DNA of 61,333 nucleotides, the filler included. It is 7 parts of 7 records of this genome, joined end to end, with 100 filler letters (N's around TTAATTAATTAA, not from the genome) between each part and the next. Parts side by side here need not be neighbours in the genome. Positions count along the whole stretch, not along the records: positions 7,007 to 19,262 come from SRR31147125_16357; positions 19,363 to 27,756 come from SRR31147125_16358; 5 more parts are not named here. One strand, 5' to 3'. Below are positions 10,202-20,040 of this stretch, piece after piece. The position numbers and the translations under genes are program-made. The notes below the pieces were generated by a model that was given only the letters and a program-made list of their open reading frames with translations, was not told where the DNA came from and searched no databases. How positions within the stretch are numbered: the stretch's first letter is position 1; each line of letters starts with the position of its first letter.

Positions 10202-11026
10202 TTAATTATTCCACATTATCGCATTCAATACCATTTGAGCGATATTCAGATTTTCATAATCCCTGGCACTGTGACCAGGCATCAAATAGACAATCTTTCC
10301 CTTTCCCTGATTTTTAATCCAGGCACTACGGTCCTGCATAAAAAGTTGACCATTCCTGTCATCAAAGTACTTGATACCACATAAAACAGTTTTTTCACGA
10401 CCATCAGTAAACTTATGATTTAGATAGACTTCAGATTCTTCCAGAAAAAGTGCGGGATATAATTTGCTTACAGCAGGGAGATCAGAAGAGGTATAATCGA
10501 TTGTTTCAGACCAGGTTACATTGTGACTGGTAATATAATGCCCGGGATTTAGATTCACAAGATTAAGTGTAACTGGTTCTTTCCAGGCATAACCGGCTCC
10601 GGGTTGCACCGGGTACTTTGAATTTTGCGGATCATCCAGGCGGATGCCAAGAAAATCAAAATAAAATTCATTTTCAGCTTTACCGCTACTAATAGAATGA
10701 TGCAGACATACAAAACGTCCACCATTTTTTGTATAATCAATGATCGCTTTTTCAGTTGTTTTTTCGAGTGTTTTATGAATATAAACCAGCACTGCGTTAT
10801 ATGCTGAAAAATCTGACGGTAATGCAGCCTGGTCCACAATTGTTACTTTACAATTCCCTTTTTCCTGCAGAAATTTAGACAATACCTTCATTTGGGGCAT
10901 TTCATCCTGAATGATAAGCACTTTAGTGATTCTGGATTGACAGGAGCTATTATAAAGAGCAGCTAACATCAAACTAATACCCGTAAAATAAATTAAAAAA
11001 GTAATCCTCATCCGATTTAACCTCAT
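10202..11026 (-). CDS. ThuA-domain protein, exported
   Basis: GGRFVCLHH, GKGKIVYLMPGH motifs; N-terminal hydrophobic signal. Confidence 0.8.
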   Translation of the reverse strand: MRLNRMRITFLIYFTGISLMLAALYNSSCQSRITKVLIIQDEMPQMKVLSKFLQEKGNCKVTIVDQAALPSDFSAYNAVLVYIHKTLEKTTEKAIIDYTKNGGRFVCLHHSISSGKAENEFYFDFLGIRLDDPQNSKYPVQPGAGYAWKEPVTLNLVNLNPGHYITSHNVTWSETIDYTSSDLPAVSKLYPALFLEESEVYLNHKFTDGREKTVLCGIKYFDDRNGQLFMQDRSAWIKNQGKGKIVYLMPGHSARDYENLNIAQMVLNAIMWNN

Positions 11027-11061
11027 TCCAATTCTCCCAAGGCATTTGCATGTGAATGATC

Positions 11062-12444
11062 TCAGCCCAGGCTCCAGGGCTTTCGGTATTTATAATGTAA
11101 TAAATTATTGGCGTATTTATTATTCGTAATTTGTTCCTTTTCTGCATCCCATTCAATTCGAGTGCCCATTTCCAGAGAAATATTGGCAAGATGCGCAAAG
11201 CTCGTTGATCGATGTCCTGTTTCCAGGGTACACCAGGGTTCATTACGGGATTTTACACTATCGAGAAAATTTCGTACAAGATTTCCAGTGATATCTTCAC
11301 GTTTTTCAAGTTTCTTTTCTATGGATTCAACAAGGTTTCCACGATCCTGGAACTGACCTGCTTTCGTGGGTATAACATTGTATCCGCGCTCACTGGCTGA
11401 CAAATTCCCCAACGAACCACACAATTGCACCTCACCGCTAAACATACTACCGCCACTGGCCTCATATACGCCGAACACAATAATGGCTCCAGATGCAAAT
11501 TCAAAAGTTACTTCCATGGTATCCGGTATGGTCCGATCATCTTTCAGGATATATTTGCCTCCGTGAGCCGTGATGGCTGTTGGTGCCTCCTCACCAATGA
11601 GCCACCTGATAGCATCCATATAATGCACACCCCAATTGCCCATTTGAGATGAATAGGATTTCCACCATCGAAATTTATAAGGAGCAATATTATATTGATA
11701 CGGACGAAAATCCCGAGGACCGAGCCACATATCCCAGTCAAATCCTGTTGGTGGTGCTTCCGGTTTATATGTGCCAATACCATCAGGATACATATTGCTT
11801 ATGCGATAAGCCCTTGCAACGGAGACCTTTCCGATTATGTTCTTTTTTACCATCCCTGCTAACTCCTGGTATACAGAAGAACCTCTTCTGTTCAGGCCTA
11901 CCTGAACAATTTGTCCGGTCTTTTTTTGGGCTTCAACCATTTTCCGTCCCTCATGCAGAGTAATACTGAGAGGTTTTTCAACATAAACATCTTTACCAGC
12001 ATTTACAGCCATAATCGTTTGTACAGCGTGCCAATGGTCCGGAGTTGCTATACAAACAGCATCGATGTCTTTACGTTCCAGTAATTCTCTAAAATCTTTA
12101 TAAATAGCCACTTTTCCATCAAACTTTTCACCCATTTTAGGAATGCGCCCACCGAGATCCTGCAGTAAACGTTTATCGACTTTAGACTGGTCTCTTTGCA
12201 GGTATGGTTCATAAACATCGCACAAGGCAACAACTTTAACATCTTTATTTTTCATAAAAGAATGAAGAACCTGTGAACCGCGATTACCCACACCAATGAA
12301 GCCCATACGAATCTGATCATTGGCGCCTAACACAGGTTTAATAACAGGAGCGCCCATTGCTTGCATGCTCAATGTTGCACCGGTTGTGACAACCGCTGAT
12401 TTTTTCAAAAAATCTCTACGGGTGGTATGTTTATGTTTATCCAT
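11062..12444 (-). CDS. Gfo/Idh/MocA NAD-dependent oxidoreductase, Tat signal
   Basis: TRRDFLK signal; GFIGVGNRG, IATPDHWH, DVYVEKP, WDMWLGP, NWGVHYMD. Confidence 0.95.
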   Translation of the reverse strand: MDKHKHTTRRDFLKKSAVVTTGATLSMQAMGAPVIKPVLGANDQIRMGFIGVGNRGSQVLHSFMKNKDVKVVALCDVYEPYLQRDQSKVDKRLLQDLGGRIPKMGEKFDGKVAIYKDFRELLERKDIDAVCIATPDHWHAVQTIMAVNAGKDVYVEKPLSITLHEGRKMVEAQKKTGQIVQVGLNRRGSSVYQELAGMVKKNIIGKVSVARAYRISNMYPDGIGTYKPEAPPTGFDWDMWLGPRDFRPYQYNIAPYKFRWWKSYSSQMGNWGVHYMDAIRWLIGEEAPTAITAHGGKYILKDDRTIPDTMEVTFEFASGAIIVFGVYEASGGSMFSGEVQLCGSLGNLSASERGYNVIPTKAGQFQDRGNLVESIEKKLEKREDITGNLVRNFLDSVKSRNEPWCTLETGHRSTSFAHLANISLEMGTRIEWDAEKEQITNNKYANNLLHYKYRKPWSLG

Positions 12445-12591
12445 GATATTTTCCTCAATTTTTTATTTATAGCAACATCCCGTTAACGAGAAGGTGAAAT
12501 AATTTAAAAAAAAGAATACTATCATCAGGATAATAAATTGTAGATTAAAAAGCAAGAAGAAGAAGCCCCCCGGCTTATTTTTTAAATCCAA

Positions 12592-12622
12592 ATAAAAAGG
12601 CGATCAGAGATCGCCTTTTTAT
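12592..12622. terminator. Intrinsic terminator after hppA (potentially bidirectional)
   Basis: Perfect hairpin ATAAAAAGGCGATC-AGA-GATCGCCTTTTTAT. Confidence 0.85.
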
Positions 12623-12654
12623 ACATCTATATTTCTATAATCAAACTACATACT

Positions 12655-14850
12655 CTACATGAGTGAAAAGACAACTGTCAAACCTGACATAACAATTGCG
12701 ACCATGCTCATAAGTTTAATGAGAATATTCAAGCTTGGACCAGAGGTGTCTTTGAAAGGATCCCCAACCGTATCACCGATAACGGCAGCTTTGTGAGCAT
12801 CGGAACCTTTACCACCCAGATGACCTTCTTCGATATACTTTTTAGCATTATCCCAGGCACCACCGGAATTCGCCATAAATATAGCAAGGACAAATCCAGC
12901 TGCCAGGGCACCAACCAATAATCCCATGACACCAGCCACTCCAAAAATCAAACCCATTGCAATTGGAGCGATGATTGCGATTAAGGATGGAACCAGCATC
13001 TCAGCCTGTGCACCTTTTGTTGAGATCTGAACGCAGCGAGCATAATCTGGTTCTGTTTTTCCTTCCAGAATACCTTTGATCTCGCGGAACTGACGGCGAA
13101 CCTCATCAACCATCTTTCCAGCAGCACGACCAACAGCATTCATTGTCAATCCACAGAACATAAAGGCCATCATGGAACCAATAAACATACCCATTAATAC
13201 TTTAGGATTCATTAAATTAACATTATAGTATGTCATAAAATCATTTAAAGTAGCTTTTGCAGTTTCTACTGATTGGCCATTTCCGAGTTCAAGAACGTTC
13301 TGGCCAATTCGGATCAAACCAATCTTCAACTCTTCAATATAGGAAGCTAAAAGAGCCAAAGCGGTCAATGCTGCAGAACCGATTGCAAAACCTTTACCTG
13401 TGGCAGCTGTGGTGTTACCCAACGCATCAAGAGCATCTGTACGTTTTCGAACTTCTTCACCAAGCCCACTCATTTCAGCATTACCACCTGCATTATCAGC
13501 AATAGGTCCGTAAGCATCAGTAGCAAGAGTGATACCCAGGGTTGAGAGCATACCAACAGCGGCGATTCCGATTCCATAGAGTCCCATGCTCATATTATTG
13601 AAATCAAAACCTGCAGCACAGAGATAAGCTAAAATAGTTCCAATAACGATGGTTAAAACAGGAATTGCTGTTGAAAACATACCAACACCCAAACCTGAAA
13701 TGATAACCGTAGCCGGTCCAGTTTGAGCATTTTCAGCAATGCTTTGTGTGGGTTTGTAAGAATGAGAAGTATAATACTCGGTGGCTTTACCAATAACAAT
13801 ACCGGTTATTAAACCAACAACAATGGAAAACCAAATTCCGATGTAATTAGGTAAATTGAGCAAATAAAGAGCGACAAATGACAAGATAACGATCAGGACA
13901 GAACTTACATTCACACCTTTACCAAGTGCCCCTAAAAGTTGTTTTTGACTGGCACCTTCCTTTGTACGTACGGTAAAAATACCGATAATGGAAAGAACAG
14001 TACCAATAGCACCAATAACCATAGGTGCAATAACACCTTTTAATTGGATACCTGTATCGCCAAGAAAAGCCGCTGCTCCAAGTGCTGCGGTTGCTAAAAT
14101 GGAACCAGCATAGGATTCATAGAGATCCGCACCCATACCTGCAACATCACCAACATTATCACCAACATTATCAGCAATAGTAGCCGGATTACGTGGGTCA
14201 TCTTCAGGAATACCAGCCTCGACTTTACCAACAAGGTCTGCACCAACATCAGCAGCTTTTGTAAAAATACCACCACCAACACGGGCAAACAGGGCCTGAG
14301 TAGAAGCACCCATACCAAAAGTAAGCATAGTGGTTGTGATAATCATCAGATTATGTCCATCAGCAGCGCCTACAGGATAAACCCAACTTAGCACAATGAA
14401 CCATAACGAAATATCAAGCAAGGCCAAACCAACAACAACCAATCCCATAACAGCACCACTACGGAAGGCGACCTTTAAGCCATCGTTTAGGGAATTTTGA
14501 GCTGCGAATGCCGTACGAGCAGACGCATATGTAGCGGTTTTCATTCCAAAAAATCCGGCTAAACCGGAAAAGAAACCACCTGTTAAAAATGCAAATGGGA
14601 CCCATACGTTCTGAACTTTCAAAACATAGGCCATAATAGCAAATAAAGCAGTCAGGATGGCAAAAACAATAATAACAACTTTATATTGTTGCCTTAAATA
14701 AGCCATCGCACCGTTTCGAACATGTAATGCAATAGCAGCCATTCTGTCAGTGCCTTCACTTCGTTTCATCAATTCTTTGAAAAAAACCCAAGCAAAAACA
14801 AGAGCAAGGATTGCACCAAACGGAACAATCCAAAAGAGATAATTAGACAT
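12655..14850 (-). CDS. hppA: K+-dependent Na+(H+)-translocating membrane pyrophosphatase
   Basis: [53 protein letters not shown] (Ala = K+-dependent), [14 protein letters not shown]. Alternative GTG start at 14856. Confidence 0.97.
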   Translation of the reverse strand: MSNYLFWIVPFGAILALVFAWVFFKELMKRSEGTDRMAAIALHVRNGAMAYLRQQYKVVIIVFAILTALFAIMAYVLKVQNVWVPFAFLTGGFFSGLAGFFGMKTATYASARTAFAAQNSLNDGLKVAFRSGAVMGLVVVGLALLDISLWFIVLSWVYPVGAADGHNLMIITTTMLTFGMGASTQALFARVGGGIFTKAADVGADLVGKVEAGIPEDDPRNPATIADNVGDNVGDVAGMGADLYESYAGSILATAALGAAAFLGDTGIQLKGVIAPMVIGAIGTVLSIIGIFTVRTKEGASQKQLLGALGKGVNVSSVLIVILSFVALYLLNLPNYIGIWFSIVVGLITGIVIGKATEYYTSHSYKPTQSIAENAQTGPATVIISGLGVGMFSTAIPVLTIVIGTILAYLCAAGFDFNNMSMGLYGIGIAAVGMLSTLGITLATDAYGPIADNAGGNAEMSGLGEEVRKRTDALDALGNTTAATGKGFAIGSAALTALALLASYIEELKIGLIRIGQNVLELGNGQSVETAKATLNDFMTYYNVNLMNPKVLMGMFIGSMMAFMFCGLTMNAVGRAAGKMVDEVRRQFREIKGILEGKTEPDYARCVQISTKGAQAEMLVPSLIAIIAPIAMGLIFGVAGVMGLLVGALAAGFVLAIFMANSGGAWDNAKKYIEEGHLGGKGSDAHKAAVIGDTVGDPFKDTSGPSLNILIKLMSMVAIVMSGLTVVFSLM

Positions 14851-14937
14851 TTCCACTCTCCAACGTTGTTTAGTGTTCCAACTATTCAGTCTGTTAGTTA
14901 GTTAATATACAGTTACTATTGTGAATTAAAATCTATA

Positions 14938-15711
14938 TTAAAACCCCACCGTCAATGCCGAACGCCACCATGAAAAATATTTACCCTCAAGATCTTCCCT
15001 TGAAGGGAATGGATAGAAAGCCAACTCTTTTTGATCACCGACAAAAAAACCATTTTTTATAGTACGATATAACAAATCCTCAGTACAATATCTCATGACG
15101 GTTTTCGTGTGTTTTTCAGGATGTTCTTCCAAACCAACCAAACAATCGCGCAAGTGATCTATATTATGATAAGGCAGGTCAGCGATAGAAGCAGAAACCG
15201 GGTTTGTTGCGAGTCCCTCAAGCATAAGCTCTACAAATACCAGTTTTGGCACAGATACAGAATGAGATCGATCAGTAACAAAACGGCAAAAGTCCAGTGG
15301 ATTCAGCATGCTCGCAATACAAGGAGTAACCGGGCTCAATTCCTGATAAAGATGAAGTTCTTCTTTATTATCCGGTTGATATTTCTGTTTTTCAATCTCC
15401 AGCACCCGTCCGTCATCGGTCACCAAATACAGATTTTTCAGGTTACTGACAGGCACATGTTCCAGCACTTGATAAATAGATAAATAAACAGAACGTTTTG
15501 GTTGGCCATCAGCATGGGGTTTGCATCGTTTTTCAATTTCATCAAGAGGAAAATAAGAGCTTTTGAAAGATGGGTCTACCTCAAAAAAGATTGCTTCACC
15601 ACGTGTTCGCTTTTTCGTTCCGACAGCGAAATAATTGCCAAATTCTTCTGGTGGCAACATGGAAGCGATGAGCGATTCAGGTATGAGAGACAAATATAAA
15701 AAAGTATTCAT
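14938..15711 (-). CDS. Hypothetical protein with internal duplication
   Basis: 257 aa ORF with GGGAGG RBS; IASML-x-P-x-x-F occurs twice. Confidence 0.8.
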   Translation of the reverse strand: MNTFLYLSLIPESLIASMLPPEEFGNYFAVGTKKRTRGEAIFFEVDPSFKSSYFPLDEIEKRCKPHADGQPKRSVYLSIYQVLEHVPVSNLKNLYLVTDDGRVLEIEKQKYQPDNKEELHLYQELSPVTPCIASMLNPLDFCRFVTDRSHSVSVPKLVFVELMLEGLATNPVSASIADLPYHNIDHLRDCLVGLEEHPEKHTKTVMRYCTEDLLYRTIKNGFFVGDQKELAFYPFPSREDLEGKYFSWWRSALTVGF

Positions 15712-15906
15712 GGCATACCTCCCTTTGTCAAAAATTGATAAATTTCACGAATACAATGATTATATAAATCTAAACACCAGGACAGACATAATCTATTCGA
15801 GATATTTATAATTCCTCACCATTTACAAAGGGCATCGTCCTTTTTCAAGGACCCTCCATCACAAAAAGATCCAACGCTTTTGAATATTATTAAAGAACGC
15901 ATATTA

Positions 15907-15924
15907 TTTTGAACCGGTTCACAA
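15907..15924. promoter_or_regulatory. Palindromic operator TTGTGAACCGGTTCAAAA (LacI- or Rex-like)
   Basis: Perfect 12-bp core TGAACCGGTTCA just downstream of the -10 element. Confidence 0.6.
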
Positions 15925-15933
15925 TTGGCAGTA

Positions 15934-15962
15934 AATATAATATTTTTAAGTGACAATGTCAA
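15934..15962 (-). promoter_or_regulatory. Sigma70-type promoter for the hypothetical gene-hppA unit
   Basis: Minus strand TTGACA-N17-TATATT. Confidence 0.7.
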
Positions 15963-16258
15963 TAAAGAAGATGTGAAAACACACAATCATATCATAAATA
16001 TGACTATAATAACCAAAATGCAGAGCTATAGCGCACAAGATTCCACGTAGAAAAAAATAAGCAATAAAATCCAGGAAGGAATCCCCTTACAGGTGTAACT
16101 TTTTTTACAACAGATAATTGCACCTGTTTTACAGAAAACCGAATATAATCAATCCGGTAAAAAAATCTAATATCAGATTTAAATTTGTTCAGGTGTCACA
16201 TTTTTACCTGGCAGCCTTTAAGAAATGTCCACTTGCTCTCTTTTGAAGACACCCGGTA

Positions 16259-17239
16259 CTATTCAACACCCCTTATTTTTTCAATAAATTGCGTCCGTAA
16301 ATATTGTTCCGGTGTCTCTGTTTTCGCAAAGTTTACGAGACCCTTGAATTGACTGATATCCTCAAATTTATGTTCCACCATCCAGGATTCAAGCCCACCA
16401 AGTAATTCGCCAATTTTTTCCAAACCATTCTTGTACAAAGTAGAAGCAACCTGAACAGTCGATGCACCTGCCAATAACATTTTTATTATACTTTCACTAT
16501 TGTGAATTCCAGTAGTGGCAGACAGATCGCACGCAATTTTTCCGGAAAGCAATGCAATCCAACGCAATGAAGGATACATATCTTCCTTTTTACTAAAGCT
16601 AAAAGTTGTTTTAATTTCAAGATTTTTAATGTCTATATCCGGCATGGTGAATCGATTAAATAAAACAAGTGCATCCAATCCTTTTTGCGACAATTCAGAG
16701 GCAAAATTGGGCAATGAAGTAAAATGGGAACCAATTTTCATGGCAACCGGAATCTTGACTTTGGATTTAACTGCCTCCAAAATGGAATAATACAGTTTTT
16801 CCATGCTTGCACCTGTTATATTTTCATCGTTGGCTGTAGTGAATACATTAAGCTCGATAGCATCTGCACCTGCCGCCTCCAATTGTCTTGTAAAGCTTGG
16901 CCACCATTTTGCCGAAACACAATTCACACTGGCAATCAAAGGTATATTTACCTTTTTCTTTGCTTCGTACAAGAGCTTGCAATATTCCTTTGGACCATAT
17001 TGAAGTTCCAGTTCTGAACGCAGGTAATCCGTCGCTTCACTATGATAGGCCGACGACTGCTCGATGCCCCAATCTTCTCTGGCCAATGCTTCCTCAAATA
17101 AACTTTTTAATATAACAGCACCAGCGCCAGCTTGTTCACATGCTTGAATTTTATCTATATCCTTAGTCAGTCCGCTACTTGCCACAATTAATGGATTCTT
17201 TAGTGTCAAATTCATATATGAGGTTTTTAAATTCGGCAT
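16259..17239 (-). CDS. Dihydroorotate dehydrogenase-like FMN protein
   Basis: LKNPLIVASS, GAGAVILKSLFEE, GADAIELN, VLFNRF, TGIH, LAGASTVQVAS; no catalytic SCPN motif. Confidence 0.88.
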   Translation of the reverse strand: MPNLKTSYMNLTLKNPLIVASSGLTKDIDKIQACEQAGAGAVILKSLFEEALAREDWGIEQSSAYHSEATDYLRSELELQYGPKEYCKLLYEAKKKVNIPLIASVNCVSAKWWPSFTRQLEAAGADAIELNVFTTANDENITGASMEKLYYSILEAVKSKVKIPVAMKIGSHFTSLPNFASELSQKGLDALVLFNRFTMPDIDIKNLEIKTTFSFSKKEDMYPSLRWIALLSGKIACDLSATTGIHNSESIIKMLLAGASTVQVASTLYKNGLEKIGELLGGLESWMVEHKFEDISQFKGLVNFAKTETPEQYLRTQFIEKIRGVE

Positions 17240-17462
17240 TTTTCATCCTCCTTTGGTCATGCCTGATATACGTTTTTATTAAAATCAGGATAGGCGTTTC
17301 ATTTTTTAAATTTCCTCAGATCAAAATATCTGTCTTGCATCCGTTTAAAATCCGGAAACTGTTACAACCACCTTTTGTATATAAATATGAAAAATATAAT
17401 TGTATAATGCAAACCGCAAATGTAAAAATTTCCAAAAAATGATAATTACAGCCTGATGATAT

Positions 17463-18284
17463 TTACCACCGGTAATGCCGAATGTATTCACCTCGTTTTT
17501 GAATCTCTATCATGGATTCTATACCGATTTCAATATGGCGAACGGTAAAAGTATCAAAAATCCGTCTGGAAGATTCTTTTGTCTTAATCCCTCCTTTTAC
17601 CAGCGGTAAATCGGAAACCAGTAATAGTGAGCCGATAGGGACTCTACTTACAAAGCCGACGGAAAAAAGGGCGGCACATTCCATATCAATCGCAATGGCA
17701 CGCTCCTCATACAAATTTCGTGTAAATTTATCGTCAAATTCCCAGAAACGATAATCCGTTGTATGAACAACACCGGTGCGATAATCCCACTTGTGTTCAA
17801 CAATTATCTGGCTGACGAATTTTTGAATTTCAAATGTAGGCAACGACGGTACCTGCGGTGGAATAAAATGATGAGACACTCCCTCATCACGAATAGCTGC
17901 TATTGGTAAAATAAAATCGCCCAGTTCTAATGATCGGTGCAGGCCACCACACATACCCAAAAAAAGGACAGCCTGGGGTTCTAAAACACTTAGCAATTCA
18001 ATAATAAGAGCCGCAGTGGGTGCACCAATATTAAAATTTACCATACTCACATTCATATCTTTCGCATGCACGACAGAAAATGCAGAACCTGTAAGTATTT
18101 CACTATGACTACCTTCAGCAAATGTATCCAGATATCTTTGAAAATTTGTTAAAATGATATATGGACAAAATTCTTCCAGAGTCCCACCTGTGTATCGTTC
18201 CAACATATCCCGCGCGATTCGTGCTTTATCCGGATTATTGTAAATGAGTTTTTTTTGTAATTCAGATTTAATAGTTTGAGTCAT
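17463..18284 (-). CDS. amn: AMP nucleosidase (short type, PNP/UDP phosphorylase superfamily)
   Basis: LERYTG, YIILTNF, LFLGMCGG, AAIRDEG, TTDYRFWE, DMECA, LLLVSDLP..GIKT. Start uncertain (18284 or 18296). Confidence 0.85.
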   Translation of the reverse strand: MTQTIKSELQKKLIYNNPDKARIARDMLERYTGGTLEEFCPYIILTNFQRYLDTFAEGSHSEILTGSAFSVVHAKDMNVSMVNFNIGAPTAALIIELLSVLEPQAVLFLGMCGGLHRSLELGDFILPIAAIRDEGVSHHFIPPQVPSLPTFEIQKFVSQIIVEHKWDYRTGVVHTTDYRFWEFDDKFTRNLYEERAIAIDMECAALFSVGFVSRVPIGSLLLVSDLPLVKGGIKTKESSRRIFDTFTVRHIEIGIESMIEIQKRGEYIRHYRW

Positions 18285-18351
18285 ATCGCTTCCCACGATG
18301 TTTTTGCAGCATTATAAAGGTAAAGTGATTTCGTAATCTGTCCTGGTCTTT

Positions 18352-19260
18352 TCATTTAAAAATAGAAATGCCATAGTTACAATTTCTACAGATATCAATA
18401 GAATTTCGATTCGTAAGCATTCTTTTACGAAAATGAGTGTATTTTTCAGAGTGCCATATTTGTTTAAAATCCTGCTGTTCTCTTAAATCACCGGTAGCAT
18501 GCTCTCCGTTTTTGTCAAAACAACAAGGTACAACCTGGCCATCCCAATCCACAAGGGTTGTCAACCATGGTCGTGGGCAGACCCCTGTTCCACGCTTTAT
18601 ATTAAATTCTTTTTCAGATAAATCGTACCTCCTGTAACGATCATTCACGGGTAACCATTCATGTGCTTCTTCCAGCGTTGCCACCTCGGTTGTTTTAAAA
18701 AGAAGCCGATCGACGTCAAGTTCTTCTGCCAATTTTTTCATTTCAGGAATTTCATGTTCATTATGTTTCATGACAAGAAATTGCAAGAAAAGATATGGAG
18801 TTTTGCTTTTCAGTTCTTTTTTAGCTGCGACAAGATTTCGAATACCGTCCAGAACAGTATCCAGATTTCCCCCTCTCCGATAGTGACTATAACTCTCCTG
18901 AGTTGTTCCATCAACAGAAATTATGAGACTATCAATACCACTGCGGATAACCTCTATTGCTGATTTTTCATCAAAAAAATGGGCATTCGTGCTCGTTGTG
19001 ACGTAAACTCCTTTATCTTTTGCATAAGCGACAAATCGATTAAAATCCTTATTAAGATAAGGTTCGCCCTGATGATAAAGGGTGATGTAAATGATACGAT
19101 CAGCCACCTGATCGACCAAATTCTGAAACATGTTAAAATTCATTCTGCCAGTGGGACGTTGCATTTGAGATTTTCCTGTTACACACAAAGGACAGCGAAG
19201 ATTACACATATTGGTGGGTTCGACATTCACTATGGGTGGTATACCCCATACATAATTTTT
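18352..19260 (-). CDS. Radical SAM/SPASM protein, 5' truncated
   Basis: CNLRCPLC motif, QGEP, C-terminal CPRPW...DGQVVPCCFD...CRNC; frame open to the contig edge. Confidence 0.92.
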   Translation of the reverse strand, partial: KNYVWGIPPIVNVEPTNMCNLRCPLCVTGKSQMQRPTGRMNFNMFQNLVDQVADRIIYITLYHQGEPYLNKDFNRFVAYAKDKGVYVTTSTNAHFFDEKSAIEVIRSGIDSLIISVDGTTQESYSHYRRGGNLDTVLDGIRNLVAAKKELKSKTPYLFLQFLVMKHNEHEIPEMKKLAEELDVDRLLFKTTEVATLEEAHEWLPVNDRYRRYDLSEKEFNIKRGTGVCPRPWLTTLVDWDGQVVPCCFDKNGEHATGDLREQQDFKQIWHSEKYTHFRKRMLTNRNSIDICRNCNYGISIFK

Positions 19261-19262
19261 TT

Positions 19263-19362
19263 NNNNNNNNNNNNNNNNNNNNNNNNNNNNNNNNNNNNNN
19301 NNNNNNTTAATTAATTAANNNNNNNNNNNNNNNNNNNNNNNNNNNNNNNNNNNNNNNNNNNN
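19263..19362. other. Artificial contig spacer
   Basis: N44-TTAATTAATTAA-N44. Confidence 0.98.
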
Positions 19363-19363
19363 T

Positions 19364-19813
19364 TTTACCTTTGTTAAAGAAAAGAGCATCATCACTCTAG
19401 CTAGATTTGGTGATGATGAATCAAAGATTATTTTGAAAGATTTTATAGAAAAAACAATTCGTTTTAGACAAGAAAACTCAAAAAATAAATATGCGGATAT
19501 TATTAAAAAAGCAAAAGACTTCATCAATGATAATTATTCAAAACCTTCAATATCTTTAAACACAGTTGCAAGCCACGTAGCATTGTCTCCTAATCACTTT
19601 AGTATGATATTTTCTAATGAGACAAAAGAGACATTTATTGAATATTTGACTAAAACCAGAATAAACTGTGCAAAAAAACTATTGAAAGAGTCAGATAAGA
19701 AGCTGTCGGATATTTCTTATGAAGTTGGATACAATGAACCACAATATTTTAGTTATATTTTTAAGAAGAATATAGCCATGAGCCCTAGTGAATATAGAAA
19801 AAAGAATATCTAA
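19364..19813 (+). CDS. AraC-type HTH regulator (YesN-like), 5' truncated
   Basis: ISLNTVA..LSPNHFS..F.EYLT..RI..AK.LL..ISYEVGY.EPQYFS..FKK..MSPSEYR. Confidence 0.88.
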   Translation, partial: FTFVKEKSIITLARFGDDESKIILKDFIEKTIRFRQENSKNKYADIIKKAKDFINDNYSKPSISLNTVASHVALSPNHFSMIFSNETKETFIEYLTKTRINCAKKLLKESDKKLSDISYEVGYNEPQYFSYIFKKNIAMSPSEYRKKNI

Positions 19814-20040
19814 CAATTTTCTATCATAAAAAATTAGTATAATGAACATACCAGCTGCTTTATTGGCTGGTTTTATTTTGATTCGTGGTATTTATAATAT
19901 TATATCATATAAAATTTGCATATAGATGTATGGCAAAAAGAGAAGGAATTCCATAAGAAAAATACGATAAGTAATAGTATTAAGTTTTGCTTTTTTAGAT
20001 GATAGTATTCATTTAATATGAAATATTAAAGGAGAGAAAA

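Noticed and set aside
18352-19260. Radical SAM/SPASM enzyme as a RiPP maturase
   Set aside because: No precursor peptide, RRE domain or transporter visible; gene is truncated at the contig edge.
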